41,686 nt of DNA from NCBI GenBank assembly GCA_000989675.1, contig LBOT01000005.1, positions 9,289 to 50,974 on the forward strand. The letters are read 5' to 3'. Below are positions 10,272 through 19,959 of the stretch, in pieces. Below the pieces are notes generated by a model, which did no database searches, was not told where the DNA came from, and saw nothing but the letters and a program-made list of their open reading frames with translations. The DNA is from a candidate division WS6 bacterium GW2011_GWE2_33_157. Its GTDB lineage: Bacteria; Patescibacteriota; Dojkabacteria; SC72. The stretch's first letter is position 1; every line of letters starts with the position of its first letter. Position numbers and translations under genes: made by a program.

Positions 10272-10301
10272 ATTTTAGCAGACAAATTAAAAGAGTGCCA
10301 A
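10272..10301 (-). promoter_or_regulatory. Promoter TTGGCA-N18-(TGC)TAAAAT, 7 nt upstream of dnaJ ATG
   Basis: Minus strand reads TTGGCA ctcttttaatttgtctgc TAAAAT tatcttc ATG. A TGn extended -10 is present. Confidence 0.55.
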
Positions 10302-10304
10302 CAA

Positions 10305-10333
10305 ATGACATTAAAATCTTTACTTGGTAAGAT
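10305..10333 (+). promoter_or_regulatory. Promoter ATGACA-N17-(TGG)TAAGAT, 6 nt upstream of sortase ATG
   Basis: Plus strand reads ATGACA ttaaaatctttacttgg TAAGAT atcaca ATG. It is divergent from the dnaJ promoter within a 75-nt spacer. Confidence 0.45.
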
Positions 10334-10339
10334 ATCACA

Positions 10340-11134
10340 ATGGAAGAAAATATCAAAATTGATAAGCAAAGCGAAAGAAAAATTATAAATACTAAAAGAA
10401 CACTCTCTTGGATATTTGCTACAGTTGGTATAGTAGTAATACTAAGCCAAGCAATACCTCTTACTAACTCATACATACAAGGTGAGTTTCAAATACTTAA
10501 ACAGAAGCTTATGAAAGATCCTCTTCCAGAGTCATACAAACAGTATATCTCTAATGAGTTTGCATACTATGACCCCGGTAAAAGCTATTTCGCAAACCTA
10601 TCAAGAAATGCTGAAAATGTTGAATACTCTGGAACATACTCATACGACCCTACAACAAAAAAGACTAGAGAGGTTGTTGTAGACAAGAATTACAACAAAG
10701 ATATGTATATAACTATTGAGGAGATAGGGATAAATAATATAAAGATAACACCTAATGTAGAAAGTAGTGAAGAAGAGGTCTACAACAAATACCTAAAATA
10801 TGGACTAGCACACTTTAAGGGAACTCCACTTCCAGGGGACGGAGGTAACTCCTTTGTATATGGACATAGTGCCGTTATTAGTTTTTTTAACAAACATGAT
10901 AATCTTCCTGAAACAATCTTTACCAAATTGGAAGATATTGATATTGGTGATAGTGTAAGTATAAGGAGAGACGATAACGAATTAAAATATATTGTAAGAA
11001 ATAAAAAAATTGTATCTCCCGAAGACTTTTCCATACTTAAAACAGAAGGCGACAAGGAAATTGTAACTTTGATGACATGTTGGCCACTTGGAGTTGGTAC
11101 TAAGCGATTGGTAGTAGTAGCAGAAAGATTGTAA
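10340..11134 (+). CDS. Sortase family transpeptidase (membrane anchored)
   Basis: 264 aa with N-terminal [18 protein letters not shown], catalytic His in FVYGHS, the TLxTC motif in VTLMTCWP, and the conserved Arg in TKRLVVVAE. Confidence 0.85.
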   Translation: MEENIKIDKQSERKIINTKRTLSWIFATVGIVVILSQAIPLTNSYIQGEFQILKQKLMKDPLPESYKQYISNEFAYYDPGKSYFANLSRNAENVEYSGTYSYDPTTKKTREVVVDKNYNKDMYITIEEIGINNIKITPNVESSEEEVYNKYLKYGLAHFKGTPLPGDGGNSFVYGHSAVISFFNKHDNLPETIFTKLEDIDIGDSVSIRRDDNELKYIVRNKKIVSPEDFSILKTEGDKEIVTLMTCWPLGVGTKRLVVVAERL

Positions 11135-11152
11135 TTTTTGTACAATGAAACG

Positions 11153-12469
11153 ATGAATAGTAAACAGAAAAAACAAGTGATTTTCCTCTCGATATTGGCC
11201 GTAATACTTCTAGCAATAAACGGAGTGCTTGCAGTAATGGCTTTTAAACCAGAATCCACACCACAAGACATTGAGATAGTGTATTGGGGTATTTGGGAAC
11301 CAGATGCAGTTATGCATCCACTGATTGAGAAATACGAAGCAGAAAACCCAGGTGTGAAAATACTTTACTCTAAACAATCAATTAAAAATTTTGAGTCTCT
11401 TACATATGCTAGATTAGAGCAAGCTACGAAGTCATCAGAACCAGCACCTGATATAATAAGAATTAGTAATACATGGCTACCAAAATTTCAAAAATATCTC
11501 TATCCAATACCAGAAGATATCTTCTCCAAAGAAGAGTTTAAACAGGAGTTTTACCCAACAGTGATTGAAGATTTTACAGGAACAGATGGAGAAATATATG
11601 CAATACCACTACAAATAGATGGATTAATGGTCATATACAATAAACAACTACTTGCTAGGGAAGGATACTCTACCCCACCACAAGATTGGGACTCCTTTAT
11701 GTATGCAGCTCAAAAACTTACTAAAAGAGATGATAAAGATAAAATTACTCAATCTGGACTTGCAATTGGGACATCAAGAAATATTACCAATGCAGCAAGC
11801 ATATTAATGTACTTCTTCCTACAAAATGATGCCGATTTAATGAATGACGCAAACAATCAAGTTAATCTTACATCTGAAAGAGCAGTTTCTGCACTTGACA
11901 CATATACCTCATTTACAAAAGAAACCAATGCAACATGGGCACCATACCTTGCAAATGATTTAACTACCTTTATGAACGGAGATTTAGCAATGATATTTGG
12001 TACTACTTGGACTGCTTTTGAAATTTTAGAGTCTGCGCCAGAAATAGAGTTTGGACTAGCACCTCTTCCCCAATTACCAAACAATGAGAAAGTCTACTAT
12101 GCTTCCTACTGGGGTGATACTGTAAGTAAAACTAGCAAGAACAGAAATGAAGCATGGAAATTTATAAAATTCCTAAGTGAACCAGAACAACAAAGAAGAC
12201 TCTTTGCTAACTCTTCTAAGATACGTGCATTTGGAGAACCATACTCAAGAGTATCTATGAATGCAGAGTTAGCAGAAAACACATATACTAAAGCTATAGC
12301 TCAAATGGCACCATATATGAAATCATGGCAGATAGGTGAACAAACCTTTGTTGAAAATCTTCTAACTACTGCCATAACCGAAGTAGCAGAAAACAATAAG
12401 GAAAGTAGAAATATACTTGAAAGTATAGAAACACAAATAAATGAAAAACTTGCTGTAAGTAACAAATAA
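11153..12469 (+). CDS. Extracellular solute-binding protein (ABC-type family 1), TM-anchored, no cognate permease/ATPase nearby
   Basis: IVYWGIWEPDAVMHPLIEKYEAENPGVKILYSKQ...PDIIRISNTWLPKF is typical of the SBP_bac_1 N-lobe. The ORF track begins at TTG 11138. I prefer ATG 11153, which is preceded by TACAAT-N6. Confidence 0.75.
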   Translation: MNSKQKKQVIFLSILAVILLAINGVLAVMAFKPESTPQDIEIVYWGIWEPDAVMHPLIEKYEAENPGVKILYSKQSIKNFESLTYARLEQATKSSEPAPDIIRISNTWLPKFQKYLYPIPEDIFSKEEFKQEFYPTVIEDFTGTDGEIYAIPLQIDGLMVIYNKQLLAREGYSTPPQDWDSFMYAAQKLTKRDDKDKITQSGLAIGTSRNITNAASILMYFFLQNDADLMNDANNQVNLTSERAVSALDTYTSFTKETNATWAPYLANDLTTFMNGDLAMIFGTTWTAFEILESAPEIEFGLAPLPQLPNNEKVYYASYWGDTVSKTSKNRNEAWKFIKFLSEPEQQRRLFANSSKIRAFGEPYSRVSMNAELAENTYTKAIAQMAPYMKSWQIGEQTFVENLLTTAITEVAENNKESRNILESIETQINEKLAVSNK

Positions 12470-12487
12470 CCATTAATATATAGTCAA

Positions 12488-14347
12488 ATGAAGTTAAGAA
12501 ATGCCCCTAGAAAAAGAAAGAGTGGTAAAAGCCTATTACTAACCTTCCTGTTACTTTTTTCTCTACCAGTATTTGTATTTGGTCTGTTACAAGATAAAAG
12601 TTTTGATTGGAGGAATTTAGCATTCGATGATATTAAAGTGAGTGAAGAGAACCCATGTATAATTACATTTCCTAATGTAAATCCATACTCATTAGAAATA
12701 AATAAAAGTGTAAGAATACAAGTAGATGCTCTCTCAGAAATATTGGGAATTAAATCAGTAAATATACAAGACAGTATTGGTACTACTCTTTTAACAAAGA
12801 CATATGATGATAATCCTAAAAAGATTACAGAATCATTCCTCTTCACACCAATGGTTGCAAAGGCATATAACCTGACAGGGAGTATTACTGATGCAGGAGA
12901 ACAAACTTTTGAATGTGTTATCAGTAGTCCATATGATGTTCAAGGGGTAAGAGCAATCGCAAGTAATAGTAAACCAATATTCACTACTTTACCAAAATCT
13001 TCAATACCATCACAAAATATTCAAACAGGAATAACATATGAGTACACAATAGTAGCTGAAGACTCTGATAAAGATACCATAAACTATGCCTACTCATTCA
13101 CCCCAGGAGCTACATGGTTAAAAACTACAGTAATAGAAGATGGAGGAAATGGGAAATTAACAATAAAATTAAAGGGGTCAACTAATAATCCTGGTAGTTA
13201 CTTAGCAAACATATTTATACATGATGGATATAGTAAACACCTATCCTCTCAATCATGGGTCATTAGTGTAAGCCCAAAGGGTAATGATATACCAACAGTA
13301 AGTGTGATAAACCCTGTTGAATCTGTGCAAATAACAACAGAAAAAACCTTAAAGATAGAATGGGATGCAATAGATAGTAATGGGATTAAAAGATACGAAA
13401 TATATATTTCCTCTAACCCAGCAAATCAAAATAGTTGGACTCCCATTGATAAAAATATTAGTCCTTCAACCACCTCATACAACATAAATCTAGAAAGTAT
13501 TACAGATGGAACATATCGAATAATCGTTAGAGCCATTGATAATCAAACCCCTGAAGCTATAGGTATGGGTATCTCACCAGAGATAATAATATCAAGGGTT
13601 AAAGAAGACGAGAAACCTGATGATCAAGTGATACTACCAGAACCCCAAGTTATAAATATCTCTCCAACAAGTAAAGATGAGATTAGAAATACAACACCAA
13701 CAATAAAAGCGTCCCTTGTAGCACCAGTGGGGGAAACAATACAAGAAAGTAGTATAAAAGTTGTACTTGATAGTAAAGATATTACAACGAGTATTAAAAT
13801 CAACAAGATATCTGAATCAGAATATACAGTAATATATACTCCAGACTCTGCTCTTTCCGAAGGGGTACATAAAGTAGAACTCTCATTTAAAGATTCAAAC
13901 AATACTGAGAAAGAAACAGATTGGATATTCACTATCTCAGAAGATGAAACAATCGCAGATAAGGACAACTTTAATATCTTCGGATATAAATTAGCAAAAA
14001 GAACTGCATACATCATCGGAGGAGGTTTGGGGTTAATACTACTCGCAATCTTCATTCCAATAATCATCGTAGCTATGTGGAAAGACCAACCAAAAGATTC
14101 TAATGAAATAAATCCCTCACTACCACCAACAATACCAAGTACTCAAGAGATACCCATTGTTGAGGAAACTCCAAAAATAAAAGAATTAGTAACGGAGAAA
14201 TTCCAAGCACCAGAACCAGCATTAGAACCTACTAAAGAAGATAACAGTAATATACCAGAACCAGAGGATGATCTTTCCTTACTTTGCAAACAGATTGAAG
14301 ATTTAAAGCAAGAGGAAGATAAACAGAATAATGTTACAAAACAATAA
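12488..14347 (+). CDS. Type I membrane surface protein: signal peptide, cadherin-like/putative-Ig and FN3-like domains, C-terminal TM, roughly 90-aa Pro/Glu-rich cytoplasmic tail
   Basis: Signal peptide LLLTFLLLFSLPVFVFG. Dystroglycan-type putative Ig motif: PIFTTLPKSS...GITYEYTIVAEDSDKDTINYAYS...PGSYLANIFIHDG. FN3-like segment: LKIEWDAIDSNGIKRYEIYIS...GTYRIIVRAIDN. TM segment: AYIIGGGLGLILLAIFIPIIIVAMW. Confidence 0.75.
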   Translation: MKLRNAPRKRKSGKSLLLTFLLLFSLPVFVFGLLQDKSFDWRNLAFDDIKVSEENPCIITFPNVNPYSLEINKSVRIQVDALSEILGIKSVNIQDSIGTTLLTKTYDDNPKKITESFLFTPMVAKAYNLTGSITDAGEQTFECVISSPYDVQGVRAIASNSKPIFTTLPKSSIPSQNIQTGITYEYTIVAEDSDKDTINYAYSFTPGATWLKTTVIEDGGNGKLTIKLKGSTNNPGSYLANIFIHDGYSKHLSSQSWVISVSPKGNDIPTVSVINPVESVQITTEKTLKIEWDAIDSNGIKRYEIYISSNPANQNSWTPIDKNISPSTTSYNINLESITDGTYRIIVRAIDNQTPEAIGMGISPEIIISRVKEDEKPDDQVILPEPQVINISPTSKDEIRNTTPTIKASLVAPVGETIQESSIKVVLDSKDITTSIKINKISESEYTVIYTPDSALSEGVHKVELSFKDSNNTEKETDWIFTISEDETIADKDNFNIFGYKLAKRTAYIIGGGLGLILLAIFIPIIIVAMWKDQPKDSNEINPSLPPTIPSTQEIPIVEETPKIKELVTEKFQAPEPALEPTKEDNSNIPEPEDDLSLLCKQIEDLKQEEDKQNNVTKQ

Positions 14348-14367
14348 TTCTCCTTACTCACTCCTTT

Positions 14368-14376
14368 TGGTATAAT
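14368..14376 (+). promoter_or_regulatory. Extended -10 element TGGTATAAT abutting alaS start
   Basis: Sequence tgg tataat c ATG gac ATG. The first ATG (14378) is 1 nt from the hexamer and the second ATG (14384) is 7 nt from it. Confidence 0.4.
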
Positions 14377-14377
14377 C

Positions 14378-16132
14378 ATGGACATGAGAAATCTCACATA
14401 TGAACAATTAAGAAAAGAATATTTAGACTTCTTTAAAAGCAAAGATCACATTGAAATACCAAGTGCATCGTTAGTTCCAGATGGTGATGCATCTGTACTT
14501 TTTGTAAATGCAGGAATGTTTCCTCTAGTACCATTTCTAAAAGGAGAACAACACCCACAAGGAAAGAGATTAACCAATTCACAAAGATGTCTAAGAACAG
14601 GAGATATCGATGAGGTAGGAGATAAGACTCACTGTACTACATTTGAAATGTTAGGAAACTGGTCTTTAAATGATTATTTCAAAAAAGAAGCTATAGAAAT
14701 GACTGTAGAATTTTTTGTTGAAGTATTACAGTTCGATATAAATAGAATATATGCTTCTGTATTCGAAGGAGAAGGAGATATACCCCAAGATAACACATCA
14801 ATTGAAGCATGGAAAGGAATCTTTGCTAAGTACAATATAGATGCAAAGGTTGGTAAAACGGAAAGAATTATGCCACTTGGAAGAGCAGATAACTGGTGGG
14901 GGTTACCAACAGGAGGACCATGTGGACCAGATAGTGAAATATTTTTCAAAACAGATGATGGAGAATTAGTAGAGGTAGGGAACAATGTCTTTATGGAATA
15001 TCTACTAGAAAATGGAAAATACTTACCACTTGGAAGACATAATGTAGATTTCGGAGGGGGTTTAGACAGATTGGCAATGATTAGTCAGGGTGTAGAAAGT
15101 ATATTTGAGATAGATATATACAAACCAATATTGCAGAAAGTTCAAGAACTTTCTCTAAATAGTGATATACACTCTCAACGAATCATCGCAGACCATATTA
15201 AAGCAGCAACATGGATGATTATGGATGGTGTAACACCTTCTAATACGCAACAGGGATATGTTCTAAGAAGGGTAATAAGGAGGGCAATGAGACATGCAAG
15301 AAAATTAGGAATAGAGGGAGATTTTACAGGATTAATAGGAGAAATTTGTATTAACCAATTTGAAGACATATGGCCAAAACTCTTTGAAAAGAAAGGGCTA
15401 ATATTGAACACCTTAACGGAAGAAGAGAAGAAATTTAACAACACTCTTGGATATGGTTTAAAAGAATTAGACAAAATTATACTAAGGAGAAATGAAATAA
15501 CAGGTGAAGAGATATTTAAAATGTATGAAACATACGGATTACCAAAAGAGGTAACCCAAGAGATTCTTAAAGAAAGAGATATACAAATAACTAACCCTGA
15601 AGGATTTAATAAATCACAAGAATTACATCAAGAAAAATCTAGAACATCTTCTGCTGGTCTATTCAAAGGAGGGCTAGCTGATACATCTGAGATGTCTACT
15701 AAATATCACACTACAACTCACCTACTCCTCTCTGCATTAAGGAAAGTGTTAGGGGACAGTGTATATCAAAAAGGGAGTAATATTACCTCAGAGAGACTGA
15801 GATTAGATTTCCCATATGACAATAAACTAACAGATGAACAGATATTAGAAATAGAGAATATTGTTAATAAGGCAATTGGAGATAAATTGGGAATAACTTA
15901 CAAAGAAGTATCAAAAGAAGAAGCTCTTAAGTTAGTTCCCTTTGCTGCATTTGAAGAAAAGTATGGTGATACAGTAAAAATATATACAATTGGTGATTTA
16001 ACAAATCCATTTTCTACTGAAATTTGTAATGGACCACATGTATCTAATACTTCAGAATTAGGAAAGTTTAAAATTACAAAACAGGAAAGTGTTGGATCTG
16101 GAATAAAACGAATAAAGGGAATACTAGAATAA
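14378..16132 (+). CDS. alaS: Alanine--tRNA ligase, short form lacking C-Ala domain
   Basis: The N-terminus [20 protein letters not shown]...FVNAGM...[26 protein letters not shown] is class II AlaRS. Editing-domain motifs HTTTHLL and CNGPHV are present. The protein ends about 30 aa after the latter. The start may be ATG 14384 if transcribed from the adjacent -10 box. Confidence 0.9.
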   Translation: [584 protein letters not shown]

Positions 16133-16133
16133 T

Positions 16134-16586
16134 ATGCAAACAGAAAAACCAATACTAGCAATAGACTATGGAGATAAAAGATTCGGATTAGCAATATCAG
16201 ACAGTAAAGGAATAATTGCATCTCCCTTAGAGGTATTAGAGGTAACTAAAAATAGAGGAATAGAGAATGTTTTAAACTCTATATTAAAAATAATAGAAGA
16301 TTATAAAGTTAAAACAATACTTATTGGTAAACCTCAAGAATTTGAAGAAATATATAAAAGAACATCAAAGAAAATACAGAAATTTACAGACGAACTCTCA
16401 AAAATTACTGATTTACCAATAATATTTCAAGACGAAAGTTATTCTACCTCACAAGCACAAAATATGTTACTATCTTTAGGACAAAACAGTAGATCTTCCA
16501 AGAATAAAATTGATATGATAGCAGCTACAGTATTTTTACAAGATTTTCTAAATTCTGAATCAAAACAAAATGAAAAGCTTAACTAA
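16134..16586 (+). CDS. ruvX: Holliday-junction-resolvase-like putative pre-16S rRNA nuclease RuvX/YqgF
   Basis: ILAIDYGDKRFGLAISD at the N-terminus, then QDESYSTSQAQ and IDMIAATVFLQDFL. Confidence 0.85.
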   Translation: MQTEKPILAIDYGDKRFGLAISDSKGIIASPLEVLEVTKNRGIENVLNSILKIIEDYKVKTILIGKPQEFEEIYKRTSKKIQKFTDELSKITDLPIIFQDESYSTSQAQNMLLSLGQNSRSSKNKIDMIAATVFLQDFLNSESKQNEKLN

Positions 16587-17568
16587 AATTTTCCTCTTAG
16601 CTTTATTAACTGTTTTAGTAGCAGGTTTTCTAATAAAGAAAAACTACGACTCTGCAATAGAAACTCCAAATAATGATAGTACCGAAAAAGTTGCTTTAGA
16701 GATTGATACTGGAGAATCTGTAGATTCAATTGTTAATAAACTAGTAGAAGAAGGAATACTAAAAGAAAAATGGGTCTATTACTTTAAGCTCTACCTAAAG
16801 TTAAATGATCTCTCTTCTAAAATACAAGCTGGTAATTACCAAATACCATTAAATTTAAGTATTAAAGAAATAGCAGAGACAATACAACAGGCTAAAGATT
16901 TAGATATTTGGGTTACAATACCAGAAGGATTAAGAAAAGATGAGATAGCCAATATTCTTTCTACGGAGTTAGTAAAAGGTGGAAATGCTAATTTCTCAAA
17001 AGAAGAATTCCTCGCTTTAACAACAGATACTACATATATTTCTACATTAGGAATCCCATACGTAACTAGTAATCTGGAAGGTTTCCTATTTCCAGACAAA
17101 TACGCATTTTCAAAAGATGCTTTAACAAAAGATGTTTTAAAAAAATTGGTTGATACATTCATTTCGAAAGTAGGAATTAATGACACATACCAAGACATAA
17201 TAATAGCAAGTATGGTTGAAAGAGAAGCATATAATTCTGAAGATAGACCACTAATTGCAGATATAATAAAAAGAAGGTATGCAGAAGGTTGGTTACTACA
17301 AATAGATGCCACCCTCCTATATCCTAAAAAGGATTGGAAGTATGTCATAAGTAATAGTGACAAGGAGGAAAACAACCCATACAACACATACAAGGTACAA
17401 GGACTTCCTCCAACACCAATATGCAATCCAGGCCTATCTTCTATCAATGCTACTAGGAATCCAAAACCTAATAATTACTACTACTACATTCATGACACAG
17501 AAGGCAATGTATATTTTGCAGAAACTCTAAGTGAACATAACAGAAATATACAAACATACCTTAGATAA
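16570..17568 (+). CDS. mltG: Endolytic murein transglycosylase MltG (YceG-like)
   Basis: N-terminal TM, AGNYQIP, ASMVEREA, and YNTYKVQGLPPTPICNPGLSSINATRNP. Confidence 0.88.
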   Translation: MKSLTKIFLLALLTVLVAGFLIKKNYDSAIETPNNDSTEKVALEIDTGESVDSIVNKLVEEGILKEKWVYYFKLYLKLNDLSSKIQAGNYQIPLNLSIKEIAETIQQAKDLDIWVTIPEGLRKDEIANILSTELVKGGNANFSKEEFLALTTDTTYISTLGIPYVTSNLEGFLFPDKYAFSKDALTKDVLKKLVDTFISKVGINDTYQDIIIASMVEREAYNSEDRPLIADIIKRRYAEGWLLQIDATLLYPKKDWKYVISNSDKEENNPYNTYKVQGLPPTPICNPGLSSINATRNPKPNNYYYYIHDTEGNVYFAETLSEHNRNIQTYLR

Positions 17569-17586
17569 ATTACTTAACTCTGCCCA

Positions 17587-19020
17587 ATGGAAGTATCTTT
17601 AAACATATCAGATAGGGAACTCGAGAAGAGTAAACCCTTTAAACAAAATATGGAAGGAAAACCAAAAAGTAAAAAACGAAAATGGATATCCATTGTACTT
17701 ACCCTACTTCTCATATCAGCACTAGGAGTAGGTATTTACTCTGCATATAAAGGTTACAAAATTACAAAAGATATCGGTTTTAACTTTGATCCAGGTCAGT
17801 TAATAGAAAAACCAAAGGAACCAGAACTTAAGAAGGATAGTACTGGTAAATTTACAAATGTTCTCTTAGTAGGAATAGATACTAGAGAAAAAACAAAATT
17901 ACTTAATACAGATGTTTTAATAGTAGCCTCATATAACTATGAAACAAAAAACATAGTAATGGTTTCTATACCAAGAGATTTTGAAGCTCAAGTAAATCCA
18001 GATAAATACTGGTTTAACAAGATAAATTCGTCATATGCAGTAAATGAACAAAAGAAAGAGGGATCTGGTCTTCCTCAATTACAAAGAGTTGTAGAGGGTG
18101 TTACTGGTATGGAAATACAATACTATGCAATGATAGATTTTAAAGGCTTTGTAGATCTAATTGATTCTGTAGGTGGAATATATGTAAATGTTGAAAATAG
18201 TTTTACTGATTATAAATATCCACTTGGAAATGGCTATCAAAAAGTTTCATTTACTAGCGGACCACAGTTAATGGATGGAGATACTGCACTTAAGTATTCA
18301 AGGTCAAGACACTCCCAACAAAATGGTGAGGGGTCAGACTATGCTAGAGCAAGAAGACAACAAAAGGTATTAACAGCATTAAAAGATGTGATACTTACAT
18401 CTGAAACTTTGCTCAATCCAACTAAAATAATGGGTATGATTACAGCAATACAGGATAATATTAAGATATCCGAATTCACACTAGACGATATAGAAGCTGG
18501 GGTTAATATCTTAAAAGAATTAAAGGACTCTACCTCGGAAAGTTACTCATTTGTGCTTGATCCAATGGCAGGAAATAAATCACTCATTGCCGTACAACCA
18601 ACAGTAGCTTACTCAATTGCCCCTATAGCAGGATTAGGAAAATATGACAATATTCATGAATATCTAGATTTAGTACTAGCTAATCCAAAACTCTACTCAG
18701 AGAACCCCTCCATATATGTTTACAATGCAGGATTGGGGAGTAAAGAAGCATCAGAGAAAACAAAGGAATTGAAGCTTCATTTTAAATATCTAAACATTGT
18801 ATACAAACAAACTCTTTACAGTGATAAAGAGGGTATACATGTATTCTCAAATAAGGATGCAGAGTTTGAATATTCAGTTAATCAACTCTCCAAATATCTT
18901 AAAACTGAAAACATATTAAAACCTGAATACATAACTACCAAATTAAATAGAGAAGATATTTCAATACTACTTGGTAAAGAACCAATAGTAGTACAAGATA
19001 TACAAGAAAGTACAAATTAA
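17587..19020 (+). CDS. LytR-CpsA-Psr (LCP) family cell-envelope polymer transferase with LytR_C-like C-terminal domain
   Basis: TM anchor, then NVLLVGIDTRE...TDVLIVASYN...MVSIPRD...YYAMIDFKGFVDLIDSVGGI...ALKYSRSRH...DYARARRQQKVL. Confidence 0.85.
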   Translation: MEVSLNISDRELEKSKPFKQNMEGKPKSKKRKWISIVLTLLLISALGVGIYSAYKGYKITKDIGFNFDPGQLIEKPKEPELKKDSTGKFTNVLLVGIDTREKTKLLNTDVLIVASYNYETKNIVMVSIPRDFEAQVNPDKYWFNKINSSYAVNEQKKEGSGLPQLQRVVEGVTGMEIQYYAMIDFKGFVDLIDSVGGIYVNVENSFTDYKYPLGNGYQKVSFTSGPQLMDGDTALKYSRSRHSQQNGEGSDYARARRQQKVLTALKDVILTSETLLNPTKIMGMITAIQDNIKISEFTLDDIEAGVNILKELKDSTSESYSFVLDPMAGNKSLIAVQPTVAYSIAPIAGLGKYDNIHEYLDLVLANPKLYSENPSIYVYNAGLGSKEASEKTKELKLHFKYLNIVYKQTLYSDKEGIHVFSNKDAEFEYSVNQLSKYLKTENILKPEYITTKLNREDISILLGKEPIVVQDIQESTN

Positions 19021-19024
19021 AAAA

Positions 19025-19951
19025 ATGTTCAAGCTATACATAGGTAATGATACATATATTTCTTTAAGCCATGCTAAAGAATTGGTTAATCAATTAAGGA
19101 AAGAAACTAATTCTGAATATATTCTGATAGATGGAGATAAGACAGATAGCTCTAAAATATCTGATATCCTAACATCCTCCTCTCTTTTTAATTCCTCTAG
19201 ATTAATATTTCTAAAAAGAATATATAGAAATAAGGACAAAGAGCAATTAATACCATTTTTACTTGAATATTTAGAAAGAAATAGTACAGACAACATAATA
19301 ATATGGGAAGATCAAAAAGTTAGTGCTGTTACTAAATATGTTAAATATTTTAAAACTAAAAATCTTCTTGAAGAATACGATAAGCTAAATAAAAGAACAT
19401 TCATAACTTGGGCAAAAGAAATAGTTAAAAAGAATAATATACAGTTGGAAACAGATGCTATTAATTTACTAATACAGTACTCAAACTTTGATACCGAAAG
19501 GTTTGAAAACAATCTAAGAAAATTAAAACTTCTAGGAAAAGAACTCATTACAAGTGAAGATGTAAGAGAGATTGCACCAGATACATTAGAAGAAGATATC
19601 TGGAAATTACTTGATGAGATGAATATTCAAAATGGTAAACCACTCAAGGTACTAGAAAAAATCTTAAATCAAAAAGTAGATCCTAATTTCATATTCTCAA
19701 TGATTGCAAGAAATATGAAATTGATAACAATGACAAAACATTTAACTGATAAACATACCTCTTTTCAACAAATAGCCTCTATTCTTAAAGTACCACCATT
19801 TACAGTAAAACCTCTTTTAGATGCAAGTGAAAAATATTCATGGGAAAAGATAGTAAATAAGTATCATAAGTTATGTAATCTAGACTATGAAATCAAAACT
19901 GGAAGAATAGAACCCAAATTGGGGCTTACTCTCTTTTGTACAACCACATAA
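19025..19951 (+). CDS. holA: DNA polymerase III subunit delta
   Basis: 308 aa. The N-terminal LYIGNDTYI...SSSLFNSSRLIFLK pattern, the mid LRKLKLLG...ITSEDVREI motif (EleKL-like) and the C-terminal helical domain fit HolA. Position next to rpsT matches Firmicute synteny. Confidence 0.72.
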   Translation: MFKLYIGNDTYISLSHAKELVNQLRKETNSEYILIDGDKTDSSKISDILTSSSLFNSSRLIFLKRIYRNKDKEQLIPFLLEYLERNSTDNIIIWEDQKVSAVTKYVKYFKTKNLLEEYDKLNKRTFITWAKEIVKKNNIQLETDAINLLIQYSNFDTERFENNLRKLKLLGKELITSEDVREIAPDTLEEDIWKLLDEMNIQNGKPLKVLEKILNQKVDPNFIFSMIARNMKLITMTKHLTDKHTSFQQIASILKVPPFTVKPLLDASEKYSWEKIVNKYHKLCNLDYEIKTGRIEPKLGLTLFCTTT

Positions 19952-19959
19952 ATATCTTG

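Noticed and set aside
10265-10369. 35-codon N-terminal extension of the dnaJ ORF, plus overlapping ORFs at 9883-10161 and 10201-10476
   Set aside because: The J domain starts at [20 protein letters not shown]18-TAAAAT promoter lies inside the extension, 7 nt from that ATG. The extension would also overlap the divergent sortase promoter and start.
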